This document shows positions 38,940 to 51,005 of a stretch of 64,000 bases of DNA, piece after piece (within the stretch, counting starts at the first letter, position 1; each line of letters begins with the position of its first letter). Source of the DNA: Sphyrna mokarran (Eukaryota). The translations under genes and the position numbers were made by a program. The stretch is from contig JAGIQG010000004.1 in NCBI GenBank assembly GCA_024679065.1, positions 62,496,001 to 62,560,000 on the forward strand, in the 5' to 3' direction. The notes under the pieces were generated by a model that saw only the letters and a program-made list of their open reading frames with translations, made no database searches and was not told where the DNA came from.

Positions 38940-39750
38940 TTTGATTCAGTTTGACTTGATTGGTTGTTGTCATTTGAACCGGCGTACAGTGAAGGGTTTT
39001 GTTCCTTGTGTCCTGTTTTGGCAGAACATACCATTCATAAAATACATAGCAGGAAAAGAAATAATAGAGGACAGAATATATTGTTGTGTTGCAGGTAGGG
39101 TGAAGAGAAAGATCATCTTAATAAATGATTCGCCATTTAACAGTTGATGATTCTGTTCGTATGTGCTTTCAGACATTTGTAGCCTTTGTTTCCGACGGAG
39201 AAAGATAAAAAAAAAATTATTGCGCGACTTCTTTCCCAAGGCAGAGCGAAGTATACAGGGAATCAATGGGCAGGGAAATAATTGGCGTTGTTGGCTCGGC
39301 TAGGTTCACCATCCTCTGTAGTTCCTTATGATCTTGGGCAGAGCAGAAGCAATAACAAGCTAAGAAACAACCGTGAAAAAACACTTTCTATGTTGTATCT
39401 GTAAAAATTGGTAAACGTCGTAGTGGAGTTACAAATTTTCTTAAGCGTATGAGAAAGTTGCTGAGCTTCCTTACATATATCGTTGGCTGAGGGACCAGGT
39501 CAGATTGTTAATGATCAGACCACCTCGAGACCTGAAGTTCTCGACTATCACTGCTTCGTCATCGCTGATGTACGCAGGAGTATATCTTCCACTATTTTCC
39601 AGAAGTCGATGACTTGCTCCTTCGTTTTTTTGACAGTGATGGGAAGCGGAGAACAGCAAAGAGATATAGAATTTGTGAAATGGTGCAACGACCATCATCT
39701 CACTCTTAATAGCATTAAAGCGGTGGTAATCGACTTCAGAAAAAGATAAT
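38940..39750. mobile_element. Rex1/Babar LINE remnants (minus 3' part plus inverted piece)
   Basis: KKTKEQVIDF on the minus strand and WCNDHHLTLN....VVIDFRK on the plus strand; similar to 63003-64000. Confidence 0.6.
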
Positions 39751-41707
39751 ATCTACGAAACCGACATGAAGCAGTGACTTGAAAAGAGTAACATATCCAA
39801 CTAAGTGAATATCAGAAGTATATAGTGTTCGCAAAATAAATTTACTTGGTTTAAATGTCGCGTGTTAAAATTATCTGGGCCATTTTGAGGTCTTCTTGAG
39901 ATTGCATGATTAACGTGGCAATGTATTTTTTTTTCGCTGTGATGTCTGTCGCATTCGCTACTTTCAGGCATTTGCTTCATTATTTCACGTCATTTGGGCA
40001 CCATTGGCTGGTCTGAGTTAGGTTATCATCTCTGATTGTCCTTTCAAACATGATAATGACCTATTTTCTTATAATGCCACAGTACATGTCCTGCAGGTGC
40101 ACCTATAGCACTGGCAGAGAGAGACTTCCAGATTGGCAATGTAATGTTCCATGATAGCATGACTTGCGGTTACAGGGAAAGTTCAAGTACAACGTTGTTG
40201 GAACTGAACTCATTCAGATATGCTAACGGTATTCCATCGCATCACATTCCTGCATTAGCTGATGCTGGTTTTGGACAACATTTACAGAATGCCAAGGTGA
40301 GTTACTGGCGAAGTATCCCAGCGTCTGATCTGCAACTGTAACCATAGTATTTATATGGCTTCTTTTGCTAGTTTGCGGTAAATTATATCTGTTTGGATGT
40401 TGGTAGTGGGGAACAGTCAGGCTGTTGTAAGTGAAGGTGAGACTGTTGGATTTATTTTTGTCGGAGATGGACATTGCCTGGAACTGCTATAGTGCTCAAA
40501 TTCCTTGCCAGTAATCAAACTTAATCTAAAAGTTACCCCATAAATTTTGCGCATGGACGTGAATAGCTTCAGTATCCGAATAGTTGATGAGGTGGGAATA
40601 GTGCTGAGCTGCTGCAATCAGCGAAGAAATCTTGAACTGCTCACTTAAATTGGAGGAAACGTCATTAATGAAACATCTGAAGATGGTTGGTCCCAGAACA
40701 GAACACTGCCACCTCCCGCAACTCAGCCAGCTAACGTTCTGTTGGATGTGAGTGTGGCAATGAATCCCACCCCCAACTCTTAACCTCTCAATTCCTCTTA
40801 ACTCAGTTTCGGTAGAGCTATTGATAACACGCTCGCAGAAATGTTGCCTTGATGTCAAAGGCATTCACTTTCATGGCGTGTCTCGAATGTATCTATTATA
40901 TCCATATGTACAGCAAGCGTGGAATGAAGTTAAGATATGAATGTTTCTAGTGGGAAAAAATAGATAGTTATTGCCATCAAAATGCTGCTTGATCGCATTG
41001 TCGACTATGTCTCCCATTTATTTGTTGACGATGTGGACTAGAACAATATGCGAATAGTTATTTTCTGAGAAACGACGTGAATCACATGCCTTAGAATAAC
41101 AAGGATCCGACCTGTTTTGAAAAGACCTCTCGTGATTCTGCAGTTCAACCATAATATATGCAGATAGATTAGAAGGAAATGCTTCCAATACCGGCTTGGA
41201 AAATAATGAAAAAAATCTGCATAGCAGTAAAATTATAAAAGTTAGATCCAAACAAAAATGAATGTCATTGCCATATGTCAGCTCGAAAAACTATTTGCCG
41301 AAATGTGCGGCTGAAAGGGCGTGTTTCGCAATAAACCGACATTCTGATATTCCTGTGGTTACCTTATGTCAGTAGAACCAGAAGCTCATCCGGTGTACTT
41401 CTTTTTTTTGCCGAGAAAAAAATACAAAAGCGCAGTTACATTTGAAGAAATCACAAATGTATTGTATTTAATCATATTGCTGATGTAAAAAAAAATATTG
41501 CTTTTGTCTCCATTTGTTTTCAGTTTATCTGGCAAAATCAACTTTGAATACAGAGATTCATTCATGATTTTGAGATTATGATTGTGCTCTTGATTCGGAG
41601 CACATTTTGTAGATTAAGATGAGTACACAACTTGAAACCCAAGAAATAAAGTATGTCATTAAAGTAAACAGACAGGAATTGTGTGTTATTCATTGACAAA
41701 CTAAATA

Positions 41708-43185
41708 TGGAGGTTGGTCACTAGTGGTGTGCCGCAGGGCTCGGTACTGGGACTTCTTCTATTTGTAATATATATAAATGACTTGGAAGAGGGAGTACGT
41801 GGAGTGATCAGCAAATTTGCAGATGATACAAAGATGGCTGGATTTGCGGATAGTGAGGAGCATTGTCACTATCTGGTGACGCAGCAGGACACAGATAGGC
41901 TGATAGCTTGGGCAGACAGGTGGCAGATAGAATTCAATCCTGAAAAACGTGAGGTGATGCATTTCGGGAGAAACAATGTACGGGGGAGGTATATGATAAA
42001 GGGTAGACCTATTAAGAGTATAGAAACGCAGAGGGGCCTGGGAGTGCAGGCGAACAAGTCTCTGAAGGTGGCAGAGCAAGTGGAGAAAGTCGTGAAGAAA
42101 GCATATAGTATGTCAGCCTTTATAGGAAGGGGAATAGAATGACCTTTAATGTTGCATTTGTAGAAAACGTTGGTTAGACCTCATTTGGAATACTGCGTCC
42201 AGTTCTGGTTGCCTTACTACCGGAAGGGCGTGGAGACTCTGGAGAGAGTGCAAAGGAGGTTTACCAGGATGCTGCCTGGTATGGAAGGTCTGAGTTACGA
42301 AGACAGGTTAGGCAAATTGGGACTGTTTTCCTTAGAAAGACGTAGACTTAGGGGATATCTAATAGAGGTGTACAAGATTATGAGGGGTATAGACAGAGTA
42401 AACAGGGTTAAGCTCTTTCCTAGGATGGACTCGAATAGCATGAGAGGTCACGGGCTTACGGTGAGGGTGGTAAGGTATAATTTGGATGCTAGAGGGAGTT
42501 TTTTCACGCAGAGGGTGGTAGGGGTATGGCATGATCTGCCAAGTAAAGTGGTGGATGCAGGTACTCTGGAGTTGTTTAGGAAATACTTAGATGGGCACAT
42601 GGACAGAATGGGAATGGAGGGGTATATAAAACTGATTTAAAATAGGGATCATGAGCCTTGGGAGTTCCTGGGAAGTTTCTAAATAGATGATGATATTGAT
42701 GTACTTGTTTTTATCCTACAGGTGCTTTGGTCCACCTTGTTGTCTAACGAGGGGCATATACGTGATAGGTCGTGAGAAGGCTGCTCTTGGATTTTTTTTT
42801 CGAGAATATCCTAGTGCTTCACGTCATTAGTGTACGTTTGACCTGGACTATTTGATGGGCAATACTACAGCTCAATGATTATAGCTGTGCTGTGCAGATA
42901 CATGGATTTGGGCCTGTGTCTGTGGGAGTTTGCACATTCTCCCCATGCTTGCGTGGGTTTTCTCCGGGTGCTCCGGTTCCCTCCCATATCCCAAAGATGT
43001 GCTCTTAGGCTAACTGGCAAAACAAATTCTCCCTAAATTGCCTCAAATTTGTTTTTTAATCCATAGATGTATAAACATACACAGGGATCGCGGGTAGAGG
43101 TGGGAACATCAGGGTGGTGGCGCGGGCTCGTTGGGCCGAAGGGCCTGTTTCCCGTGCTGTTTTGTTCTTTGTTCTTTGTTCTTTA
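41708..43185 (+). mobile_element. CR1-B 3' part with complete long 3'UTR
   Basis: ORFs 41714-42142 and 42170-42640. 3'UTR 42641-43185 has an acceptor, hairpins, V-SINE and (gttcttt)n tail. Confidence 0.95.
42857..43185 (+). mobile_element. V-SINE-derived segment embedded as the terminal part of the CR1-B 3'UTR
   Basis: Decayed tRNA head (family consensus gggcaacacgacagctcagtgactatcgctg), V core tgtctgtgggagtttgcacattctcccc..gcgtgggttttctccgggtgctccggtt..ctccca..tcccaaagatgtgc..taggctaa, and tail stem-loop tgggccgaagggcctg. Confidence 0.85.
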
Positions 43186-44594
43186 TGCACATTACCTGAT
43201 GAAAATCCTGGAAGTTCCTCCTTTACTGCATTGTGGGTCAAACCACATCACATGGAATGCAGCGATCCAAGAAGGCAGCGAACCGCAATCTTTTCAAGAG
43301 CAATTAGGTACGGTCAATTAATACTAGCCAGTCAGCGACGCCCATGTCCCACGAATAAATAAAAATAAGCGACTGCATTAATGAATTGAGTCATATTTGG
43401 TGCTACGCAGGCCAGTCCGGCTAACCAATTACGCGCCGTACATTCATGTCGTTACGGAATGCATTGGAGTATTGTGAAGAATAAAAATAGTGATCCATTC
43501 AGCTGGACTGTACTTCTTGTGGAACATAAAATACTAATGAAGTACTAATGAGGTACTAATGAAGTCTTTAATTTTTTAAAACTTCTTTGCTAATGACATT
43601 AAGTAAGAGGGTCTTTCATTTTATACGTTGGAGAAAGGTTTTGTAATTGTCATTAAAAGAACACGGATACCGAATTCGGACAGTGTTTTAAGGCCTATTC
43701 GTATCATCAGTCTAATATGTTAAGGAAAGCGATTAATAATTTGAGACGACTAGTAAAATGGAGACACCTGTGCGGAAATAGATGTTTTGAAAATAAAAGA
43801 TTCGCAATTGATAAATCAGAAACTTAATTTGAATTAATCCTCAGGGTGCACACGAGCGTGGTGACGAAAGATCCTTTGTGCTGAACTGAGCACACTATCT
43901 AAATATGGGCATTATAAGTGTCGAGTTTTAAAGCAGATGGCCCAAGTTTTATCAGTGTTAAAATTCTTTGTTGCCTCCTGTGTGTTTTTCGTTAGTTAAT
44001 ATCTCATTTATGCAGTCGAACTGCGTGAATATTGACATCTACCACGCAGAGTCACCACTATGGGCAGACATCCATCTGTTATCATTTCCAGATGAACGCT
44101 GTTGCCAACTGTTAAACCTTGTCATTTACACTCAACTTTGCAGAATACGTTGATAAAGGTACTTCTTCTTCACTCTGTTAGTTGTGTAATCGTCCTCAAC
44201 AAAGCAGGACAGAGAAAGAATGACAGTTGCAGCGTGCAGTATGCAGTTGCATAATGTAAAATACACCGCCAAAACGTTTGTATTGTGGTGGTAATTCTCA
44301 GATATGCAAAGAAAGCTCTATAATCTATGCACCTCATGCAGATATTATGGTTCAGATTAGAAACTCTGAACGTGTTTTGTGAGGCTCTCCTGAGTCTTGT
44401 TTTGCATCTTTAACATACAGGGATTATCACGAGATGTTTCATTCTGGGTATTATGCAAGTGAGGCACGAGAGAGCTCTTATCAAACAAAATACGTTTAAT
44501 AATTTAATCAAAATGTGCAGCAAGAAAATTATCAAGAACATCTATCAATTACAAATAAGAGCAAAACAGCCAGTATTTAATCATCGTGCTTATA

Positions 44595-46118
44595 AGAACA
44601 GAGAAGAACAAAACAGCACGGGAAACAGGCCCTTGGTCCCAACAAGCCCGCGCCGCCACCCCGATGTTCCTATCTCTACCCGTGATCCCTGTCTATGTTT
44701 ATAGATCTATGGATTAAAAACCAAATTTGAGACAATTTAGGGAGAATTTGTTTTGCCAATTAGCCTAAGAGCACATCTTTGGGATGTGAGAGGAAACCGG
44801 AGCACCCGGAGAAAACCCACGCAAGCACGGGGAGAATGTGCAAACTCCCACAGACACAGGCCCAAATCCATGTATCTGCACAGCACAGCGATAGTCACTG
44901 AGCTGTCGTATTGACCATCAAGTGGTCCAGGTCAAGCATACACTAACGACAAAGCACTAGGATACTCTAGAAAAAAAATCCAAGAGCAGCCCTTTCACGA
45001 CCCATCGCGTGTATGCCCCTTGTTAGACAACAAGGTGGACCAAAGCACCTGTAGGATAAAAACAAATACATCAATATTATCATCTATTTACACACTTCCC
45101 AGGGACTCCCAAGGCTCATGATCCCCATTTTAAATCAGTTTTATATACCCCTCCATTCCCATTCTGTTCATGTGCCCATCTAAGTAATTCTTGAGTAACT
45201 CTAGAGTGCCTGCCTCCACCACTTTACTTGGCAGCGCATTCCATTCCCCCTCCACCCTCTGCGTGAAAAAAACTCCCTCTAGCATCCAAATTACACCTCA
45301 CTCCCCTCACTCTGAGCCCGTGACCCCTCGTGTTATTCGAGTCCATCCTGGGAAAAAGCTTAACTCTGTTTACTCTATGTATACCCCTCATAATCTTGTA
45401 CTCCTCTATTAGATCTCCTCTAAGTCTACGTCTTTCTAAGGAAAACAGTCCCAATTTGCCTAACGTCTCCTCGTAACTCAAACCTTCCATACCAGGACAG
45501 CATCCTGGTAAACATCCTCTGCACTCTCTCCAGAGTCTCCACGTCCTTCCGGTAGTAAGGCGACCAGAACTGGATGCAGTATTCCAAATGAGGTCTAACC
45601 AACGTTTTATACAACTGCAACATTAAAGACTAGCTCTTCTACTCTATACCCCTTCCTATAAAGGCTAGCATACGATATGTTTTCTTCACAATCTTCTGCC
45701 ACCTTCAAAGACTTGTGCACCTGCAGCTCCAGCTCCCTCTGCGTTTCTATACTCTTAATAGGTCTATATTTATCATATACTACCCCTCTTCATTCTTTCT
45801 CCCAAAATGCATCACCTCACATTTATCAGCATTGAATTCCATCTGCCATCTATCTGCCCAAGCTATCAGCCTATCTGTGTCCTGCTGCATCGTCTGACAA
45901 TGCTCCTCACGATCTGCAAGTCCAGCCACCTTTGTATCATCTGCAAACTTGCTGATCACTCCACTTGCTCCCTCTTCCAAGTCATTTATATATATTATAA
46001 ATAGAAGAGGTCCCAGTATCGAGCCCTGAAGCACACCACTAGTGACCGACCTCCAGCTAGAGAAACACCCTCCCACTATTACTCTCTGTTTCCTATTACC
46101 AAGCCAGTTTCTTATCAT
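44595..46118 (-). mobile_element. CR1-B 3' part
   Basis: RT C-terminal ORFs 45224-46118 and the same 3'UTR module; cttata on both flanks. Confidence 0.94.
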
Positions 46119-47514
46119 TATTACTTATCATTATTACTTATATGTAATAATGTTCCAATCAAAACCAAAATCCAATTAAATCCTTCGAACAGAATCTCAC
46201 GTGATACTAGAATCCAGTTCCCTGGGTTGAATTTTAATGTCAAATAACCTTGAAAACTCAGAGCAACCTGCTTTCGCATTAGCTCCGCAAAACACCAAAC
46301 CCCAGATTAATTACTGCAACATAACTACAAACCTTTCTTTCATCAAACTGGTAAAATTTCCAAAGCAAAACAGAGAGAGAAAGAAACTCCTTTTCCAGAG
46401 TGCTTCTAAGACTGCTTCTAACACTGCAATCAGGCCCACCCATAGTTTTTTTTTCCCACCAAACTATAAAATCACCTAAGGCCGTGAGCAAGAAATCATT
46501 AAAAAAACTCTTAAAGACAGACTAACCTCACACAGTAAAAATGTAAATGTTCTTGCCATTGCAAAAACAGGGCAATATTCGCTTAGCCATTCTGTAATAG
46601 TAACTACTGATCGAATATCCCGTCATCAACCTTCTGTTATGGCTGATCATTAGGACCTTGGGCAGAAAAGTTACAATGTAATAAAAAAAACAGTACAATC
46701 ACTGAACACGTTATTCACGCTGGCATACCTTTCGCTTTTTTTTCAAACTTTGCTGCACTTTTTTTTTTCTAAATTGATTATATAAGTTGCTTTCTTAATT
46801 GGAGAGCTGATAGCGCAGTGGGAATCCAACTCGCATCGATTATTCAGAGATTTGGGGTAATGGTTTGGGAACATTTGTTAAATGTCATTGTGGGAACTAC
46901 TGGAAATTTAATTAACTCAAAATGATTTGCAATTGAAGGCTAGTCTTATTAACGTTGATCATAATTTTAAAAAAAAATGTTTTGCACACACTCCCTGGAT
47001 CACGAAAGGTTTCCGGGAAGTCGTTCTGCCATTTTTGCATTGTCTAACATACACTGGGAGAAATATTATTAGTCACTAATTGCCTTCTCGAATACCAAAC
47101 TAAAGCACTTGAGGCATGCGGAGTACAGTTTTATAACGTACAACACGCTGCCAAAATATCTGTGTGGTAGCGTTAAGTCTCAGTAATGCGAATTCAGTTC
47201 AAGAAGAATTACGGAGAGGTATGGGTTTTCGACAATGTAAACCACATCACAACCCCATGAATTAAGATAAATAAAAAAACTGTTGGCGTACTGATTCGAC
47301 ACCACTAAATAATAAAAAAATGAATTCGTATCAGGTCCATCATCTTGTCGTTCTGATACAAGTGCCATCCATATTATGTTTTCCATTGGTGATTGCATAT
47401 ATCCACTTTAAAGACAGGTAAATACAGTAGGCGGATTTTAATTTCTGGTAGTAAATAAATCGCATTTCAAACCCACATGCTAATTACACAGAAAGAAACT
47501 CGTAAAGCATTTTC

Positions 47515-50500
47515 TGGGGGAATGGTAATTATGAGGCCATCAGGAGAGAATTAGGGTGCATAGATTGGACTAGGGAACTACAGGGACTGGGAACATCTGG
47601 AATGTGGTGCTTATTCAAGGAGCAGCTGCTGCGAGTCCTTGATAAGTATGTCCCTGTCAGGCAAGGAGGAAATGGTCGAGTAAGAGAACCTTGGTGTACG
47701 AAAAAAGTTGATTTGCTGGTTAAAAGGAAAAAGGAGGCTTATGTCAGGATGAGGCTTGATGGCTCGGTTAGTGCAATGGATAGCTTTAGATTAGCCAGGA
47801 GGGAGCTAAAGAGTGAATTGAGGAGAGCTAAGAGAGGACACGAGAAGACTTTGGCTGATAGGATTAAGGAGAATCCTAAAGCTTTCTTTAGATATGTTAA
47901 GAATAGAAGATTGGTTAGGACAAGATTGGGGCCAGTCATAGACAGCAGTGGGAAGTTGTGCGTGGAGCCTGAAGAGATTGGAGAGGCGCTGAATAAATAT
48001 TTCTCTTCGGTATTCACGCAGGGTGATGTAAATGTAGTTATGGAGAACACTGAGGTACAGGGTAGCAAACTGGAAAGTAGTGAAGTAGATAGGGAGGATG
48101 TGCTAGATATTCTCGAGGGTTTGAAGTTGGATAAGTCCCCTGGGACGGACGGGATTTACCCTAGGATTCTCTGGGAGGCAAGAGAGGAGATTGCAGAGCC
48201 TCTGGCTCTGATCTTCAGGTCCTCGTTGGTTACGGGTGTGGTTCCGGAGGACTGGAGGATCGCGAATGTGGTCCCATTGTTTAAGAAGGGGAAGAGAGAC
48301 CTTCCTGGGAATTATAGGCCAGTGAGTCTTACTTATGTGGTGGGCAAGGTATTGGAGAGAATTATTAGGGATAGGATTTATAGTTATTTAGAGAGAAATG
48401 AATTGATTGGGGAGAGTCAGCATGGTTTTGTGAAGGGTAGGTCGTTCCTTACTAACCTCATTGAGTTTTTTGAAAAAGTGACCAAAGAGGTGGATGGGGG
48501 TAAGGCGGTTGATGTGGTATAGAACATAGAACATAGAACATAGAACATAGAACATAGAACAATACAGCACAGAACAGGCCCTTCGGCCTTCGATGTTGTG
48601 CCGACCAAAATAAAAAGCAATGCCCCTCCTACTAAACCATTCCCTTCTCATCCATATACTTATCAACTAACCTCTTAAACGCCACCAAACTTGGCGCATC
48701 TACAACAGCTGCAGGCAGGGCATTCCAATCCCTAATCACTCTTTGAGTAAAGAACCTACCTCTGATATCCGTCCTATAACTCATACCCCTTAATTTAAAG
48801 TTGTGTCCACTCGTGCTAGCTTTTTCCATCCTAGGAAAAAGGCTATCACTGTCCACCCTATCCAAACCTCTAATTATCTTATATGTTTCAATAAGATCCC
48901 CCCTTAGCCGCCTCCTTTCTAACGAAAAACAACCTCAAATCCTTCAACCTCTCTTCATAGGACCTGCCCTCCCTACCAGGCAACATCCTGGTAAACCTCC
49001 TCTGTACCCTCTCCAATGCCTCCACATCTTTCTTATAATGTGGCGACCAGAACTGCACACAATACTCCAAGTGCTGCCGCACTAGAGTTTTGTACAGTTG
49101 CAACATGATGCTGCGGCTCCGAAATTCAATCCCCCTACCAATAAAAGCTAAGACTCCATATGCCTTCTTAACAACTTTATCCACTTGACTGCCTACTTTT
49201 AGGGATCTATTGACACATACACCAAGATCCTTCTGTTCCTCAACACTATTAAGAGCCCTACCATTAGCCCTATACTCTACACATTTATTGTTCCTGCCAA
49301 AGTGCATTACCTCACACTTTTCCACATTAAACTCCATGTGGACTTATATATGGACTTTAGTAAGGCGTTTGATAAGGTGGACCATGGAAGACTTCTGCAG
49401 AAAATGCAGGTATATGGGATAGAGGGTGATTTAGCTAATTGGATAAGGAATTGGCTAGCAGATAGAAGACAGAGGGTGGTGGTTGATGGGAGATATTCAT
49501 CGTGGAGTTCAGTGACAAGTGGTGTACCTCAGGGGTCTGTTTTGGGGCCCCTGCTGTTTGTAATTTTTATAAATGATCTGGATGAGGGTATTGAAGGATG
49601 GATTAGTAAACTTGCAGATGACACTAAAGTCGGTGGAGTGGTAGATAGTGAAGAGGGTGTTATAGTTTGCAGAGGGACTTGGACAAGTTGCAGAGCTGGG
49701 CCGAGAGGTGGCAAATGGAGTTTAATGTGGAAAAGTGGGAGGTAATGCACTATGGCAGAAATAATAAATGTGTAGAGTATAGGGCAAATGGTAGGATTCT
49801 TAGCAGTCTAGATGAACAGAGGGATCTTGGTGTGTATGTGCATAGATCCCTGAAAGTAGGCAGTCAAGTCGAGAAGGTTGTTAAGTAGGCATATGGAGTC
49901 TTAGCTTTTATTGGTAGGGGGTTTGAATTTCGGGGCCACAACGTCATGTTGCAAATGTACAAAACTCTAGTGCGGCCGCACTTGGAGTATTGTGTGCAGT
50001 TCTGGTCCCCACATTATAAGAAAGATGTGGAGGCATTGGAGAGGATACAGAGGAGGTTTACCAGGATGTTGCCTGGTATGGAGGGCAGGTCTTATGAGGA
50101 GAGGCTGAGGGATTTGAGGTGTTTTCGTTAGAAAGGAGGCGGCTAAGAGGGGACCTGATCGAAACATATAAGATGATTAGAGGTTTAGATAGGGTGGACA
50201 GTGATAGCCTTTTTCCTAGGATGGAAAAAGCTAGCACGAGGGGACACAGCTTTAAATTAAGGGTGATAGTTATAGGACGGATATCAGAGGTAGGTTCTTT
50301 ACCCAGAGGGTGGTTAGGGAGTGGAATGCTCTGCCTGCGGCAGTTGTAGATGCGCCAAGTTTGGTGGCGTTTAAGAGGTTAGTTGATAAGTATATGGAAG
50401 AGAAGGAATGGTTTAGTTTGGAGGGGCATTGCTTTTTATATTGGTCGGCGCAACATCGAAGGCCGAAGGGCCTGTTCTGTGCTGTAATGTTCTATGTTCT

Positions 50501-50515
50501 ATGTTCTATGTTCTA
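47515..50515 (+). mobile_element. CR1-A (5'-truncated) interrupted by an antisense CR1-A
   Basis: ORF 47602-48522 stops at AVDVV and resumes as [11 protein letters not shown] at ~49347. Confidence 0.95.
48519..49337 (-). mobile_element. CR1-A 3' fragment nested antisense in CR1-A
   Basis: (atagaac)n array at 48519 and ORF2 C-terminus on the minus strand. Confidence 0.95.
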
Positions 50516-51005
50516 TTCCTGAGTAGCAACGCAGTAAAGCAAAAATCTTTGCAAAACGTTTGTAGTGAAATATGGGAGAAGATGCCATAACGTCACTGTT
50601 GTCCATTCATATCTCCTTTTGAAAAGGTCGCCGGTGTCGCCTCTTGGATGCTATAATAATTCTGCTGCAAGTAAGCCCGTTTTATTATGTGGAAAATAAT
50701 TTCAAGGTATTCATCATGTTCGGCAGAAGGCTTCTTTAGCTTCTTCTGCCAATGTGCCAACGTCGATAAATGATTCTTTCAAAGTTCATACAAAGGACTA
50801 GTAAAACATTACAATCCATAAGCCACTGCCGCAAAAATGGACAACATTAGTGTTTTATGTATCAAATATTAATATTGCCACGAATGGATATCCAAATCTT
50901 TGGCAGCTGATGTGCACCTGCCCTTTCATTGACAACAATCTAGTCAACACAGCATTAGGATGTTACATCAATCTCTAAATGTTACGCATCAGGATTCGAC
51001 TTATG

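Noticed and set aside
41362-41400. Candidate upstream leader exon (minus-strand AG|gtaacc donor)
   Set aside because: Stops in all usable frames; a better leader exists at 33370-33418.
42686-42750. C/D snoRNA (ATGATGA box C)
   Set aside because: No CTGA box D or terminal stem; the motif is not conserved between copies.
42760-42790. Resemblance to HCV IRES domain IIId (tgggtcg.ga..gg)
   Set aside because: Short match with no downstream ORF or other IRES domains; better explained as a decayed CR1 tail stem-loop.
42811-42870. HDV-like ribozyme (TTCACGT equals the CPEB3 L3 loop; GGGCAAC nearby)
   Set aside because: No valid P3 or P1/P2 nested pseudoknot could be built by eye, and the loop is altered in the 28.9k and 53.5k copies.
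43532-43564. (tactaatgaag)x3 micro-repeat, and poly-G runs at ~2905 and ~54912
   Set aside because: Simple slippage repeats with no supporting context.
44015-44158. Plus-strand exon-like segment with acceptor and donor
   Set aside because: Stop codons in all three frames and no recognisable domain.
48519-48560. (atagaac)n arrays and spaced repeats as a CRISPR-like or satellite array
   Set aside because: These are CR1 3' microsatellite tails; there are no spacers or cas genes, and the DNA is eukaryotic.
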